In this document: piece by piece, positions 28,693 through 38,388 of the stretch
Position numbering within the stretch: position 1 is the stretch's first letter
Layout of the letters: the number at the start of each line of letters is the position of its first letter
DNA from: Candidatus Aminicenantes bacterium
Lineage (GTDB): Bacteria > Acidobacteriota > Aminicenantia > Aminicenantales > Aminicenantaceae
Direction of reading: 5' to 3'
Length of the DNA: 64,000 nt
Assembly: GCA_014727835.1 (NCBI GenBank)
Contig: WJMT01000129.1
Coordinates: 2,036 to 66,035, forward strand
Notes under the pieces: generated by a model
What the model was told of the DNA's origin: nothing
Databases searched by the model: none
What the model saw: only the letters and a program-made list of their open reading frames with translations
Made by a program: the position numbers and the translations under genes

Positions 28693-29786
28693 GAAAAGCA
28701 AATATCATTGCCGTGTTGTTGGGTTTTTGTTTGCTCTGTTTCTGCACACCAGCCCCTTCTGATTTCAAAGCGTGGGATTTGTTAAAAGAGATGCTCTTGA
28801 TCCCCGGTGTTTCCGGACACGAGACCTTGGTGGCGGATTTTGTGGCTTCTTCCATCCCTCAGTCTTTAAATCCCCAAAGAGATGAGATGGATAATGTCTG
28901 GTTTACTGTAGGAGAGGGGGATCCTCATATTGTGTTTGTGGCCCATACAGATGAAATCGGTCTGATTGTCAAGCAGATCACAGTGGATGGGATGCTGAAA
29001 GTGGAGGGCCGGGGTGGATTTTTCCCAAAAATGTACGAAGGGCACATGGTTGTGATTTATACACACAAGGGTCCGGTGCAGGGAGTTGTGGCTCCCAGAA
29101 AAGAATATTTTTCAAAAGCTCCGGATGAGTCCTTTTTTGGAATCGGCGATATAGAAATTTATGTAGGAGTGGACACCAAGGCCGAAGTCATTGAATTGGG
29201 AGTGGAGCCCAATGACCAGGTCACCATCCAGAAACACATTGCCGAGCTTTCCCCTGTTCTCTTAGCAGCCAGAGGAGTCGATGACCGGGCCGGATGCGCT
29301 GTTTTGCTGGATGCCATGGAAAGAATTGATTGGGATCAGATCACAGACAAAACAGTGACTTTTTTATGGGATGTTCAAGAAGAGATCGGATTGTACGGAG
29401 CATCCAGAATAGCTGGAACCCTGGATGCGGATTATGTGTTTCCTGTGGATACTTTTGTGTCTTCTGATGCGCCCTTTGATTCCCAAAGATTTGCCCGGCT
29501 TCCTTTAGGTCAGGGGGCAGTGATCCGCGCCATTGACAGCAGCAACATCACTCCCTGGATTTATGTGCAGAAAGTCAAGCGCATTGCAGAGTCAAAAAGC
29601 ATTCCTGTGCAGATCGGAAACACCAAGGGCGGAAACGATGGATCTGTATTTGTTCCCACAGGAACAGCGGACATTCCTCTTTCCTGGCCCGGGGTCTATT
29701 CCCATTCTTTTATCGAAAAAATCCATAAAAGGGATTTGGAAGCGCTCACTGAACTGGTGGTGGCACTTACAGAAACCTGGAAATAA
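28689..29786 (+). CDS. M42 (TET-like) aminopeptidase with signal peptide
   Basis: PGVSGHE, AHTDEIG, VDDRAG, VQEEIG, VDT, YSHS motifs intact. Confidence 0.9.
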   Translation: MRKANIIAVLLGFCLLCFCTPAPSDFKAWDLLKEMLLIPGVSGHETLVADFVASSIPQSLNPQRDEMDNVWFTVGEGDPHIVFVAHTDEIGLIVKQITVDGMLKVEGRGGFFPKMYEGHMVVIYTHKGPVQGVVAPRKEYFSKAPDESFFGIGDIEIYVGVDTKAEVIELGVEPNDQVTIQKHIAELSPVLLAARGVDDRAGCAVLLDAMERIDWDQITDKTVTFLWDVQEEIGLYGASRIAGTLDADYVFPVDTFVSSDAPFDSQRFARLPLGQGAVIRAIDSSNITPWIYVQKVKRIAESKSIPVQIGNTKGGNDGSVFVPTGTADIPLSWPGVYSHSFIEKIHKRDLEALTELVVALTETWK

Positions 29787-29984
29787 CCTGGGTATTCATC
29801 AAATCTGTATGCACAGTCATACAGATTCATGAAGATCAGTTCTCTTTACAGTGCTTATTCCTTAGACAGATGACTGTGACTTGAATTCATGTCATGAATT
29901 TGAATTATGTGCATACAGATTTGACCTTTCAGGCGAGCCGAGGTTGCTGCAGATGCGGTGAGATCGACTCATGAATTTCCCAGG
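29787..29984 (-). mobile_element. Modular MITE-like element (198 bp)
   Basis: Terminal IRs CCTGGGTATTCAT / ATGAATTTCCCAGG; internal perfect 17-bp IR 29799-29815/29908-29924; arms shared with 53162-53413. Confidence 0.75.
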
Positions 29985-29997
29985 GATTCAATTCGGG

Positions 29998-32592
29998 TTA
30001 GTTCATCTGGGGGTAGAGCAGAGCATTCAGCAGGAATTTGTAAGTTCCGTGAGACTGGGCTCTGTGCTGGCACCGGATTCCGATGAGCACAAAGCGGCCT
30101 TTTTTGTATTTCACATCCACCACCGCTGCTTTTCGGCTCAGGGTGTCTTCTCCCAGAAGCCATCCGCTGAGCAGGATATCTTTTTTAGGATAACTGGCGA
30201 CCACTGTGCGATCCCATTCCATATCCGGGATGCTGGTTCGGAAAGCTTTGCTTCGGGAAAAGACCGCTGCTTTTTCTGCCGTCATTCCATAACCGATCGG
30301 AGATCTTTTGTTCACTTCCAGTTTCAGGATTGACGTGGGGCAGAAAAACTGACTTCTGGAGACGCCTTCCAAGGAATTGGAGACAGGGGGATTGAATTCT
30401 TCAATAACCAGTTCACAGGCATCATTTAAAGTGACCAGGATCCCTCCTTTGGCCACGAAATTCTTCAATGCCTCCACTCCCTGTTTGCCGATTCCTCCTT
30501 CGTATTCAGGTGGGCCTTCTGTGTAGTATCGAGCGTATCTGGATTTGGGATCTGGTTTTCCCATTTTGATGATGTCAGGGCTTTCGCTGGCAAAGATGAT
30601 CACATCGAAAATTTCATTCAAGTCAGCGGGCTGGTCTTTTTTATCCTTGAAATCCTTGTTATGAATGGTGGTGTAGGGGACTTCCAGGTCGTCCAAAACA
30701 TAGCGGGTCCATCCTTCGTCCATGTTGGATTTCCACGATTGGTAGAGGGCAATTTTTGAGTTTTTCACAGGACTCTTTTTGATTTCAGATATATCGTTGA
30801 TGGAATGAGCTTGAACATTCCATTTTTCAAGAAGTAGCGGGAGGTCTTTTTGGACCTGGGGAGTGTTCTCCACAAGAAAACTTCCAAAACAGGCATGAAA
30901 TCCATCTCCGTTGACCGGCCCTTGGGCGCGGAAGACTTTGGGATTGCTTTTCAGCAAACCAAACACCACTGAGTAAGAGGCGTTCTTTTTAGAGTCCAGT
31001 ACAATGTATGGAACTTCTTGGCTGGGAGGCTGGATATTGGGATCAGGGATTTCATCCAGTTTGATGAGTTCGGTCTCAAAAGGAGTGTCGATCTGTTCAC
31101 TGGTCACTCCCATCTGAAGAGGGAGGGTCCATCCGGCATTGTCATAGGGGGGCTCTGGAGGTCCGCCCGGGTACTGCCGGATATTCGGATATTCCTGTTT
31201 TTCGAGGAGAGATTGAGCATACGGCCGGTAGGGTTGGGACATCAAGACCACAAAGGATCCGGCAGGAAACACTTTTCCGTCAGCCACAAAATCTTTTTTG
31301 GCCTGATGGATCTCCACTCCTCCGAAATGGAGGATTTCCAGCATCCGGAGGGTGGTGGGATAGTCTCTTTGGTCTTTGGAGATCACAAAGGCAAATGGCT
31401 GGCCTGGTTCCCTGATTTCCACAGCATCTTTGCACATCTTGTAGAAATTGAACAGCAGGTCTTGTTTGTGAAGATGGGCTGTTTTGACCAGAGATTTGGA
31501 TAAAGTCAGTTCATATTCCACCAAATCTCGCAAACGCCACCATCCTCCCATCCAGGGGTCCGGAAACTGAAGTCTTTTTTCGACATAAGAGTCCGGAAGT
31601 TCATTGGGCTCTATATAAATGGGGGTTGCCACTCGCACAGAAGCCATTTCACTGAGAAGACCGATGCAGTTGTGAAGCCAGGATGTGTCATCACAAGCCC
31701 CGATCCACCATCCGGTGAAGCTCCGTCCGTGCACCACTCCCTTGAATCCGTTTTTCTGGAGGTCATAGGCCATGTTCATGCCGCACAAGGCCACTCCTCT
31801 CCAGAGAAGGGGATGGATGGTGGGCACAGGCGGATCTTTGAACGGCGGGATAAACAGACGTGCTCCGGTGGATCCCATTTGATGTTCGTCGATATGGATC
31901 TGGGGGATCCAGTCATGATAAAGGACTTTGGTGACAGCCCGGGTCTCTTTCAGATTGAACATAAACCAGTCCCGGTTGTCATCATGACCTGCATAGTGAT
32001 GATAAAGCCAGGGCATGCGGGATCCTTCATATTTGGTGCCCACATGCTTTCTGTACCACTCGGTGACCATCTGTTCTCCGTCAGGATTGGTGGAAGGGAC
32101 CAGGAGCACGATCACATCCTGAAGCGCTTGTTCTGTGTTGAAAGGAGTGTTTCCTGTGACCAGGTCATAGGCCAATTCCATAGACATCTGAGAAGAGGCG
32201 ATTTCTGTGGAATGGATGTTGCAAGTCATCAGCAAGATGGCTTTTCCTTTTTGGGCCAGGTCTTTGGCTTGTTCCGGGCTCAATCCTCTCGTGTTTCTGA
32301 GTTTTTTGGTGATCTGAGTGTAGGTGTCCAGCTGAGCCATGTTTTCTTCCTCAGTGATGACCGCCATGATGATGGGTTTTCCGAGGGTTGATTCTCCGAT
32401 GGTCAGGACCTTGATCTTGTCAGATTCTTCATCCAGTTTTTGAAAATATTCTGTGATTTGACTGTAGTCCGCCAGCTTTCTGTCAGCGCCCACTTTGTAT
32501 CCTAAGAATTCTTCGGGGTGAGTCTGGGCTGATAACACAAAGGGAATCAGTAACAGAGCCATGCAGACAAAGATCAATCGTTTTTTATTCAT
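29998..32592 (-). CDS. Exported M14 zinc carboxypeptidase-family protein with C-terminal GATase-like domain
   Basis: Signal peptide; IHSTE (HxxE), NPDG, DNRDW, DEHQMG; MDEGWTR. Confidence 0.88.
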   Translation of the reverse strand: MNKKRLIFVCMALLLIPFVLSAQTHPEEFLGYKVGADRKLADYSQITEYFQKLDEESDKIKVLTIGESTLGKPIIMAVITEEENMAQLDTYTQITKKLRNTRGLSPEQAKDLAQKGKAILLMTCNIHSTEIASSQMSMELAYDLVTGNTPFNTEQALQDVIVLLVPSTNPDGEQMVTEWYRKHVGTKYEGSRMPWLYHHYAGHDDNRDWFMFNLKETRAVTKVLYHDWIPQIHIDEHQMGSTGARLFIPPFKDPPVPTIHPLLWRGVALCGMNMAYDLQKNGFKGVVHGRSFTGWWIGACDDTSWLHNCIGLLSEMASVRVATPIYIEPNELPDSYVEKRLQFPDPWMGGWWRLRDLVEYELTLSKSLVKTAHLHKQDLLFNFYKMCKDAVEIREPGQPFAFVISKDQRDYPTTLRMLEILHFGGVEIHQAKKDFVADGKVFPAGSFVVLMSQPYRPYAQSLLEKQEYPNIRQYPGGPPEPPYDNAGWTLPLQMGVTSEQIDTPFETELIKLDEIPDPNIQPPSQEVPYIVLDSKKNASYSVVFGLLKSNPKVFRAQGPVNGDGFHACFGSFLVENTPQVQKDLPLLLEKWNVQAHSINDISEIKKSPVKNSKIALYQSWKSNMDEGWTRYVLDDLEVPYTTIHNKDFKDKKDQPADLNEIFDVIIFASESPDIIKMGKPDPKSRYARYYTEGPPEYEGGIGKQGVEALKNFVAKGGILVTLNDACELVIEEFNPPVSNSLEGVSRSQFFCPTSILKLEVNKRSPIGYGMTAEKAAVFSRSKAFRTSIPDMEWDRTVVASYPKKDILLSGWLLGEDTLSRKAAVVDVKYKKGRFVLIGIRCQHRAQSHGTYKFLLNALLYPQMN

Positions 32593-32792
32593 AAAATGTT
32601 CCTCCTAAGATGAAATATTTTTGGCATTGATGAGGGTTGATGGTTGGTGTGAACATAGGTGACCAAGACATTTTTTCTATCACTAATCCAAGGACTTGTC
32701 AAGAATATGATGAGATGAAATTCAGGTGCGGCTGAATTTCATAGCGCTTGGGCAGTTAAAAAAAGAACTGCTCTTCATAAAGATGCATGATA

Positions 32793-32820
32793 GTGCATAC
32801 AGATTTGTTGAATGACCAGG
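32793..32820 (+). repeat. Right-end fragment of the MITE-like family
   Basis: GTGCATACAGATTTGTTGAATGACCAGG vs reverse complement of 29787-29814: 3 mismatches. Confidence 0.7.
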
Positions 32821-32825
32821 AGCGG

Positions 32826-32854
32826 TTGACAAAAGGATCGTTTGGAGTTACGAT
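32826..32854 (+). promoter_or_regulatory. Sigma70 promoter of SRP RNA
   Basis: TTGACA-17 bp-TACGAT. Confidence 0.7.
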
Positions 32855-32878
32855 TTTATGCACGCAGATTGATTCAAT

Positions 32879-33153
32879 GGACCGTGCTAGATGGGGAGTT
32901 AGCGGTGCCCTGTAACTCACAATCCGCTAAAGTGAGATCGAACACCTTGCTGAGGCAGTCAACTTTTTCTGGTCAGTGCTTGTGTAAGTGGTGTTGACGG
33001 TACGGGCCCTGTGCAAAGCACTCTTTGTGAACTCCGTCAGGACCGGGAGGTAGCAGCGGTAGCAGAGCAGTTGCTTGTGCTGCAGGTTCGCCTTGCCTGA
33101 GCTAACTGCATGAGATACGCAGGGAATGTTTTGTCGAAGCAGATGCACGGTCC
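32879..33153 (+). ncRNA. ffs: Large bacterial signal recognition particle RNA (with Alu domain)
   Basis: Terminal helix GGACCGTGC/GCACGGTCC; Alu-like GGGGAGTTAGCGGTGCCCTGTAAC..CAATCCGCT; domain IV TCAGGACC-GGGA-GGTAGCAGC; followed by a T-run. Confidence 0.9.
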
Positions 33154-33158
33154 TTTTT

Positions 33159-34382
33159 TTATGCAAGAAGCGAATCCGCGTATTGAATGCGCTGGCTCAC
33201 AGATAATCCATATGGACAGGACCGGTCACAAGTCCCGCATTCCACACAAGATTTTGCTGTTTGATCCGGAGCTAACTGGGAATACATGAGTTTGGCACGT
33301 GAAGGTTTTTCATACCCTTCAAAATAAGCAAGGTAACGGAGGATGGATGTGGTTTGGATCCCTTGGGGGCACCTATCCTGACAGGTTCCGCACATGTGGC
33401 AGTATTGGGAGCTATTTTCAGCAGCGTATTGAAACAGATTCCTACGCTCCTCTTCTGAGAGAGGGGAGTTGACCACTGAAAGGTCTTCGTCCAATTGAGT
33501 CCGGTTCATCATTTCTGTCACCACAGAGGTAATGTGGGAGTTATCCAAAGCCCATTTCAGCATGGCTTGATAGAGGGAAACGGATCCTGTATGGTATTTG
33601 TCCAGGTTCTGGCGTTTTCCGCCCACTTTCAGGGTCTTCATAGCAATGACTCCGATATCTTGATCCCAGGCTGATTTGATGAGTTTGCTTGTTCCGCTGG
33701 CTCCCAGATAATCTGAATATTTCTGGATCTGTTCTTCGGAATCATCCAGGTCAAACACATTGTATCCCAATTGGACCATATCATAAGCGCCGCATTCCAC
33801 TGCTTTTGATATGACTTGGTGATGATTGGAGTGACAGGAAATGCCGTTGAATCTGAATTTCCCTTCTTTTTTCATTCGGTCAAATGCGGACAGAACCCTC
33901 TCATCTGTAAGATTCGAGGGATTGGAAATCCCGTGAATCAATAAAACATCGATGCAGTCTGTTTGAAGCCTTTTCAAGCTACCTTCCACAGAAGAGACAA
34001 TGGTTTTCTCGCTCCAGGGTCCTCTGAGATGAAATTTGGTTCCCACATAGACCTGATCTCGTCCCGCTTCTTTGAACAGCTTTCCGATTTGGCGTTCACT
34101 GTTTCCATTCATGTAGGTGTGCGAGGTGTCGATGTAGTTCACTCCTCTGTCAATGGCCTGCCTCAGAATAGCCCAGTCCGGAAGAGGGCTTCCCCCCAGT
34201 GAGATCTCAGAGACCTCAAGTCCTGTTCTTCCCAACCTTCGATAATACATTTCTCCCTTTTTGATTCTGTGGGATGAAGTCTTGAGCAGACCTGTTTTGA
34301 GAAAAGGGACTGAAAATGAACCGAAGATCATTTTTTTCAAAAACAAACGCCGATTGTTTTTTGACATTGGTTTTCCTTTCAC
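33159..34382 (-). CDS. Aldo/keto reductase with C-terminal 4Fe-4S dicluster and a Tat-like leader
   Basis: NRRLFLK; YRRLGRTG, DTSHTY..G.SE, SLKRLQTD; CHMCGTC..CP and CVECGTC...CP. Confidence 0.88.
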   Translation of the reverse strand: MKGKPMSKNNRRLFLKKMIFGSFSVPFLKTGLLKTSSHRIKKGEMYYRRLGRTGLEVSEISLGGSPLPDWAILRQAIDRGVNYIDTSHTYMNGNSERQIGKLFKEAGRDQVYVGTKFHLRGPWSEKTIVSSVEGSLKRLQTDCIDVLLIHGISNPSNLTDERVLSAFDRMKKEGKFRFNGISCHSNHHQVISKAVECGAYDMVQLGYNVFDLDDSEEQIQKYSDYLGASGTSKLIKSAWDQDIGVIAMKTLKVGGKRQNLDKYHTGSVSLYQAMLKWALDNSHITSVVTEMMNRTQLDEDLSVVNSPLSEEERRNLFQYAAENSSQYCHMCGTCQDRCPQGIQTTSILRYLAYFEGYEKPSRAKLMYSQLAPDQTAKSCVECGTCDRSCPYGLSVSQRIQYADSLLA

Positions 34383-35266
34383 AGTTGGTTGAGTTGTTGG
34401 AGCATTTTTTTTATCTCATCTTTGGCCAAAGGTGTGAGGCTGAGAAGAGGAAGCCGGCAGGGTCCTCCATTATAGTCCAGAAGATCCAGAGCATATTTGG
34501 CTGCAGGGATGCCCCATTTTTTGGTCACAGCTTGATTCAAAGGGACCAGATCCAGCTGAAGCTTCCTGGCTTGATCCCATTGTTTTTGTTCAAAAAGTGT
34601 GTGAAGATGTGTGCACAATTTAGGGAGGACACAGGCCAGTCTCAAGATTCCGCCTGCAGCTCCCATGATCAGTCCGGGCACCATCAAATTGCCGGCACCC
34701 AAAAGAAATGATTTTGTTGAATGGATATGAGGAATCAGCTCTTCGAAAAAATTCAAGTCGCCCGAGCTGTCTTTGATGCCCTGGATGTTGGGATGTTTCA
34801 AAAGAAAGGAGACCAACTCTTGATCCACAGAGACTCCGGTGTTCTGGGGGATGTTGTAGATGATCAAAGGGATTTGAGAATTTTCTGCTACAGAAACATA
34901 GTATTTTTTAAGGGCCTCAGAAGTCATTTTGGATTTGTAATAATGAGGCGTGCAGACCAAAGCTGAATCTGCCCCCGCATCTGCGGCTTGGTTGGTCAAC
35001 TCAACGGTGTTGACAACAGATTCCCGTGCTGTTCCGGCGATGATTTTTTTGTATTCGGAGGACACCTCTTTGGCTGTCCGGATCAAAGCAATGCATTCCT
35101 CATCGGACAGATAAGCTCCTTCTCCGGTGGACCCTGCAATGACATAGCCGGAAAGCTCTGTATCATTGTATTTGCGGATATTTTGTTTGAATGCCTCCAG
35201 ATCCAGCTTTTCGTTTTCAAAAGGAGTGGTTAAAGCAGCGATGATGCCTTTGTATTCACAGTCCAT
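34379..35266 (-). CDS. Dihydrodipicolinate synthase/HOGA-family aldolase
   Basis: GSTGE, YNIP, GIKDSSG Schiff-base Lys. Confidence 0.85.
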   Translation of the reverse strand: MDCEYKGIIAALTTPFENEKLDLEAFKQNIRKYNDTELSGYVIAGSTGEGAYLSDEECIALIRTAKEVSSEYKKIIAGTARESVVNTVELTNQAADAGADSALVCTPHYYKSKMTSEALKKYYVSVAENSQIPLIIYNIPQNTGVSVDQELVSFLLKHPNIQGIKDSSGDLNFFEELIPHIHSTKSFLLGAGNLMVPGLIMGAAGGILRLACVLPKLCTHLHTLFEQKQWDQARKLQLDLVPLNQAVTKKWGIPAAKYALDLLDYNGGPCRLPLLSLTPLAKDEIKKMLQQLNQL

Positions 35267-35283
35267 TTCTCTTCATGTTCCTT

Positions 35284-35658
35284 TCAGTATTTTTCGTTTT
35301 CGATCTCTTTGAGTTCTCGATCGCTTTTGCCAAAGTAATGCCCGATCTCATGCCGGACGACCTCTCTGACCTTTTCTTTGATTTCCTTATCAGAATGACA
35401 GATCTTTTCAATGGGTTTTTGATAAATGGAGATCACATCAGGCGGAAGATTTCCGTAATAAGGGCCCCGGTTTTTTAGGGGAACGCCGTGATACAAGCCC
35501 AAAAGCAGTCCTTTTCGGCTGATTCCAAGCCGCTCATAAACATCAAGCGGCGGGTTGTCTTCCACAATCACAGTGATGTTTTTGAGGTATTTTTGAAACT
35601 CTTGACGGATTTCTGAGAGGGCCTCTTCCACCAGTTTCTCGAATTTGTTTCGGTCCAT
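35284..35658 (-). CDS. Minimal zincin-like metallopeptidase
   Basis: LLGLYHGVP, PD.I.IYQ.P, HEIGHYFG. Confidence 0.88.
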   Translation of the reverse strand: MDRNKFEKLVEEALSEIRQEFQKYLKNITVIVEDNPPLDVYERLGISRKGLLLGLYHGVPLKNRGPYYGNLPPDVISIYQKPIEKICHSDKEIKEKVREVVRHEIGHYFGKSDRELKEIENEKY

Positions 35659-35669
35659 ATGTTTGAAGA

Positions 35670-36200
35670 TTATCTTTCGATTCCATCCCGAGCCGAAACT
35701 TTTTGGGTGTAATAATGTTTGATTTCTGTCATGTCTGTTACCAGATCTGCTCTCTTTATCAAAGATTTTGGGGCATGTCTTCCGGTTAAGATCACTTCGA
35801 CGTGATCCGGTCTTTGATCCAAAAAATCATGCACATTTTCTTCCCGTATGAGATTGAAATACATGGCCACATTGATCTCATCCAGAACAATGATATCAAA
35901 CAATCCTGAGAGCATGGCTTTCAAACAGGAATCAAGACCCTCTTCTGCTTTTTGAATATCTTGAGGGTCGGGATTTTTATTCACATGAATGAATGCATTC
36001 CTGCCGAACTGCTCCACCTTTACCAGAGGCTTCAGTCTTTCTAAGGATTTGAGTTCACCGTATTTTTGTCCTTTGATGAACTGACCGATATAGGTTTTGA
36101 GTCCATGACCTGCGGCTCTCAGGGCCAGTCCCAGAGCTGCGGTTGTTTTTCCCTTTCCCTGTCCCGTGTATATCTGGACCATACCTTTGAATTTTGTCAT
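35670..36200 (-). CDS. cobO: Cob(I)alamin/cob(I)yrinate adenosyltransferase
   Basis: [40 protein letters not shown]; start MTKFKG chosen. Confidence 0.9.
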   Translation of the reverse strand: MTKFKGMVQIYTGQGKGKTTAALGLALRAAGHGLKTYIGQFIKGQKYGELKSLERLKPLVKVEQFGRNAFIHVNKNPDPQDIQKAEEGLDSCLKAMLSGLFDIIVLDEINVAMYFNLIREENVHDFLDQRPDHVEVILTGRHAPKSLIKRADLVTDMTEIKHYYTQKVSARDGIER

Positions 36201-36324
36201 GCTTGATTCCGTCATTGTTATGATATTTGAATCCAAGTTTATAGTCAATGATTCTGGCTCATTCATCAAATCACTGTTCTGCTTTGATTTCACATTTCCA
36301 CCCTATTGTAATATAATCCTTCAC

Positions 36325-37596
36325 ATGCTGGATATTAGATTTGTACAAGATAACGCGGATTTTGTCAGAAAAAAAATTTTGACCCGGGGAATCGATCTGA
36401 ACCTGTCCGGATTTCTCAAACTGGCTGAAGAAAAGAAGGAATATTTGGTAAAAATTGAAAAGCTTCGGCACAAACTGAACAAAAATTCAAAATTGATCGG
36501 TGAAATGAAGCGAAAAGGAGAGGATGCCGCCTCATTGATCAAAGAGATGAAGCAGGTATCTGATGAGATCAAGCAAAATGAGGATGAATTCAAAGACATT
36601 GAAGAACAAATCAGTGATGTGCTGCTGAACATCCCCAATATCCCTCACGAAACAGTGCCTGTGGGACCAGATGAGTCTTCGAACAAAGAATTGAGAAAAT
36701 CCGGGACTAAGCCGGAATTCAGTTTCCAGCCCAAACCTCATTGGGAGATCGGAGAAAAATTGGGGATCCTTGATTTCAAAAGAGCTGCCAAGCTGACAGG
36801 AGCCCGGTTTGCTGTTTACAAAGGATTGGGAGCCCGGCTGGAAAGAGCTTTGATCAATTTTATGCTGGATATTCACATCAAAGGCAACGAGTTTGAAGAG
36901 ACGCTTCCTCCGTTTATCGCCAATAAAGAGAGCTTGCTGGGCACTGGAAACCTTCCTAAATTTGAAGAAGATCTGTTTCAGCTCAAAGGATATGACTGGT
37001 ATTTGATCCCCACAGCTGAAGTGCCTCTCACCAATCTGTACCGGGATGAAATTCTCGAGGCAGATTCGCTTCCCCGGAGATATGTGGCCTACACTCCTTG
37101 TTTTCGAAGCGAAGCCGGATCTTACGGAAAAGATGTCCGCGGTCTCATCCGGCAGCACCAATTCAATAAGGTGGAGCTCATGAGCTTCACTCTTCCTGAA
37201 AACTCATACCAAGAGCTGGAAAAAATCACAGGTTATGCAGAGAAAGTACTGGAACAATTGGGGCTTCATTTCCGCGTGGTCAGCTTATGCACCGGAGAAC
37301 TGGGATTTGCCGGAGCCAAGACCTATGACCTCGAGCTCTGGATGCCGCAGCGGAATGATTATGTAGAGATCTCATCCTGCACCAACTGCGAGGCTTTTCA
37401 AGCCAGACGGGCCAACATCCGGTTCCGGAGAGATATAGAGTCCAAACCAGAATGGGTTCACACTCTCAATGGGTCTGGTGTGGCCGTGGGGCGCACAGTC
37501 AGTTCGATTCTGGAATCGTTTCAACGGGAGGATGGAAGTGTTGAGATTCCTGAAGTGCTGCACCCCTACATGAACGATGTCACTGAGATCACCTGA
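36325..37596 (+). CDS. serS: Serine--tRNA ligase
   Basis: MLDI start; coiled arm; LIPTAEV, CFRSEAG, RQHQF.KVE, EISSC, HTLNGSG. Confidence 0.96.
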   Translation: MLDIRFVQDNADFVRKKILTRGIDLNLSGFLKLAEEKKEYLVKIEKLRHKLNKNSKLIGEMKRKGEDAASLIKEMKQVSDEIKQNEDEFKDIEEQISDVLLNIPNIPHETVPVGPDESSNKELRKSGTKPEFSFQPKPHWEIGEKLGILDFKRAAKLTGARFAVYKGLGARLERALINFMLDIHIKGNEFEETLPPFIANKESLLGTGNLPKFEEDLFQLKGYDWYLIPTAEVPLTNLYRDEILEADSLPRRYVAYTPCFRSEAGSYGKDVRGLIRQHQFNKVELMSFTLPENSYQELEKITGYAEKVLEQLGLHFRVVSLCTGELGFAGAKTYDLELWMPQRNDYVEISSCTNCEAFQARRANIRFRRDIESKPEWVHTLNGSGVAVGRTVSSILESFQREDGSVEIPEVLHPYMNDVTEIT

Positions 37597-37651
37597 TTTT
37601 TTGCCAATCTGAAGTGAAAATGCTAGACTATGATGACTCATATGAGCTGAT

Positions 37652-37738
37652 GGAGGGATGGCCGAGTGGCTGAAGGCGGCGGTCTTGAAAACCGCTTCAC
37701 GAGCAATCGTGACGGGGGTTCGAATCCCTCTCCCTCCG
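37652..37738 (+). tRNA. tRNA-Ser (TGA), CCA not encoded
   Basis: GGAGGGA..TCCCTCC acceptor stem; GCGGT-CTTGAAA-ACCGC anticodon arm; long variable arm. Confidence 0.95.
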
Positions 37739-37755
37739 TTTGAAATTTTTCGGGA

Positions 37756-38388
37756 TCATTTCAAGTATTTGAAAAAATAATCTGAAACTGGACCGTGTTC
37801 TTTCCAATTTTTGAATTCTGTTTCAGTCCAGTCATGGTTGCTGTAAGTCACTTTCATCCATTGAATCCGGTCCCTTTGGTCTACTCTGAATGCAATGGAT
37901 TTGTAGGTCAGATTTGAAGTTCCCTTGGGTTCAAGCCTATACTGATCCTTGCTCTCATCATAGGTGATCTCATAGTTATTCTTGATTTCTGTTTTGGTTT
38001 CACCGAGCACCGGGATCAGAAGACGGGGCATTCCTTGCTGGGAAGTCAGGTCTTCAAAATCATAGGCCTTCACTTCTCCCAGGTCATGATCGATGATGTG
38101 TATGGTCTGGCCGTCACAATACAGCTCATAGTTTTCATCCCCTTTGAGCTTGATCCGGAAAAAGTGGGGATATTTGTAGTGAAAGGTGCCGTGCAAAGAG
38201 ACCTCATCCACAAGAAACTCTGTGCTTTTGGTCTGCTTGATATCACAGGTGATCAGATTTTGATCTTTCAGCTGTTTTTCCCATTTGGTGAGAAGCTCAT
38301 CAATGTCCTGACTTAAGGAAAAATGAACAGTGAAGACAAAAAAAACAGACAAGAACAGCAAACAGAAAAAAATGGATTTAAATCTCAT
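37756..38388 (-). CDS. LolA-like periplasmic lipid/lipoprotein carrier
   Basis: Signal peptide MRFKSIFF; F.Q.K...L....G.F.YK.P..F, CDGQ, D.TETEF pattern; ATGA overlap with the MMPL gene; AAGGAG RBS. Confidence 0.75.
   Translation of the reverse strand: MRFKSIFFCLLFLSVFFVFTVHFSLSQDIDELLTKWEKQLKDQNLITCDIKQTKSTEFLVDEVSLHGTFHYKYPHFFRIKLKGDENYELYCDGQTIHIIDHDLGEVKAYDFEDLTSQQGMPRLLIPVLGETKTEIKNNYEITYDESKDQYRLEPKGTSNLTYKSIAFRVDQRDRIQWMKVTYSNHDWTETEFKNWKEHGPVSDYFFKYLK

Noticed and set aside
32927-33166. 79-aa minus-strand ORF
   Set aside because: Antisense to the SRP RNA, with no protein features
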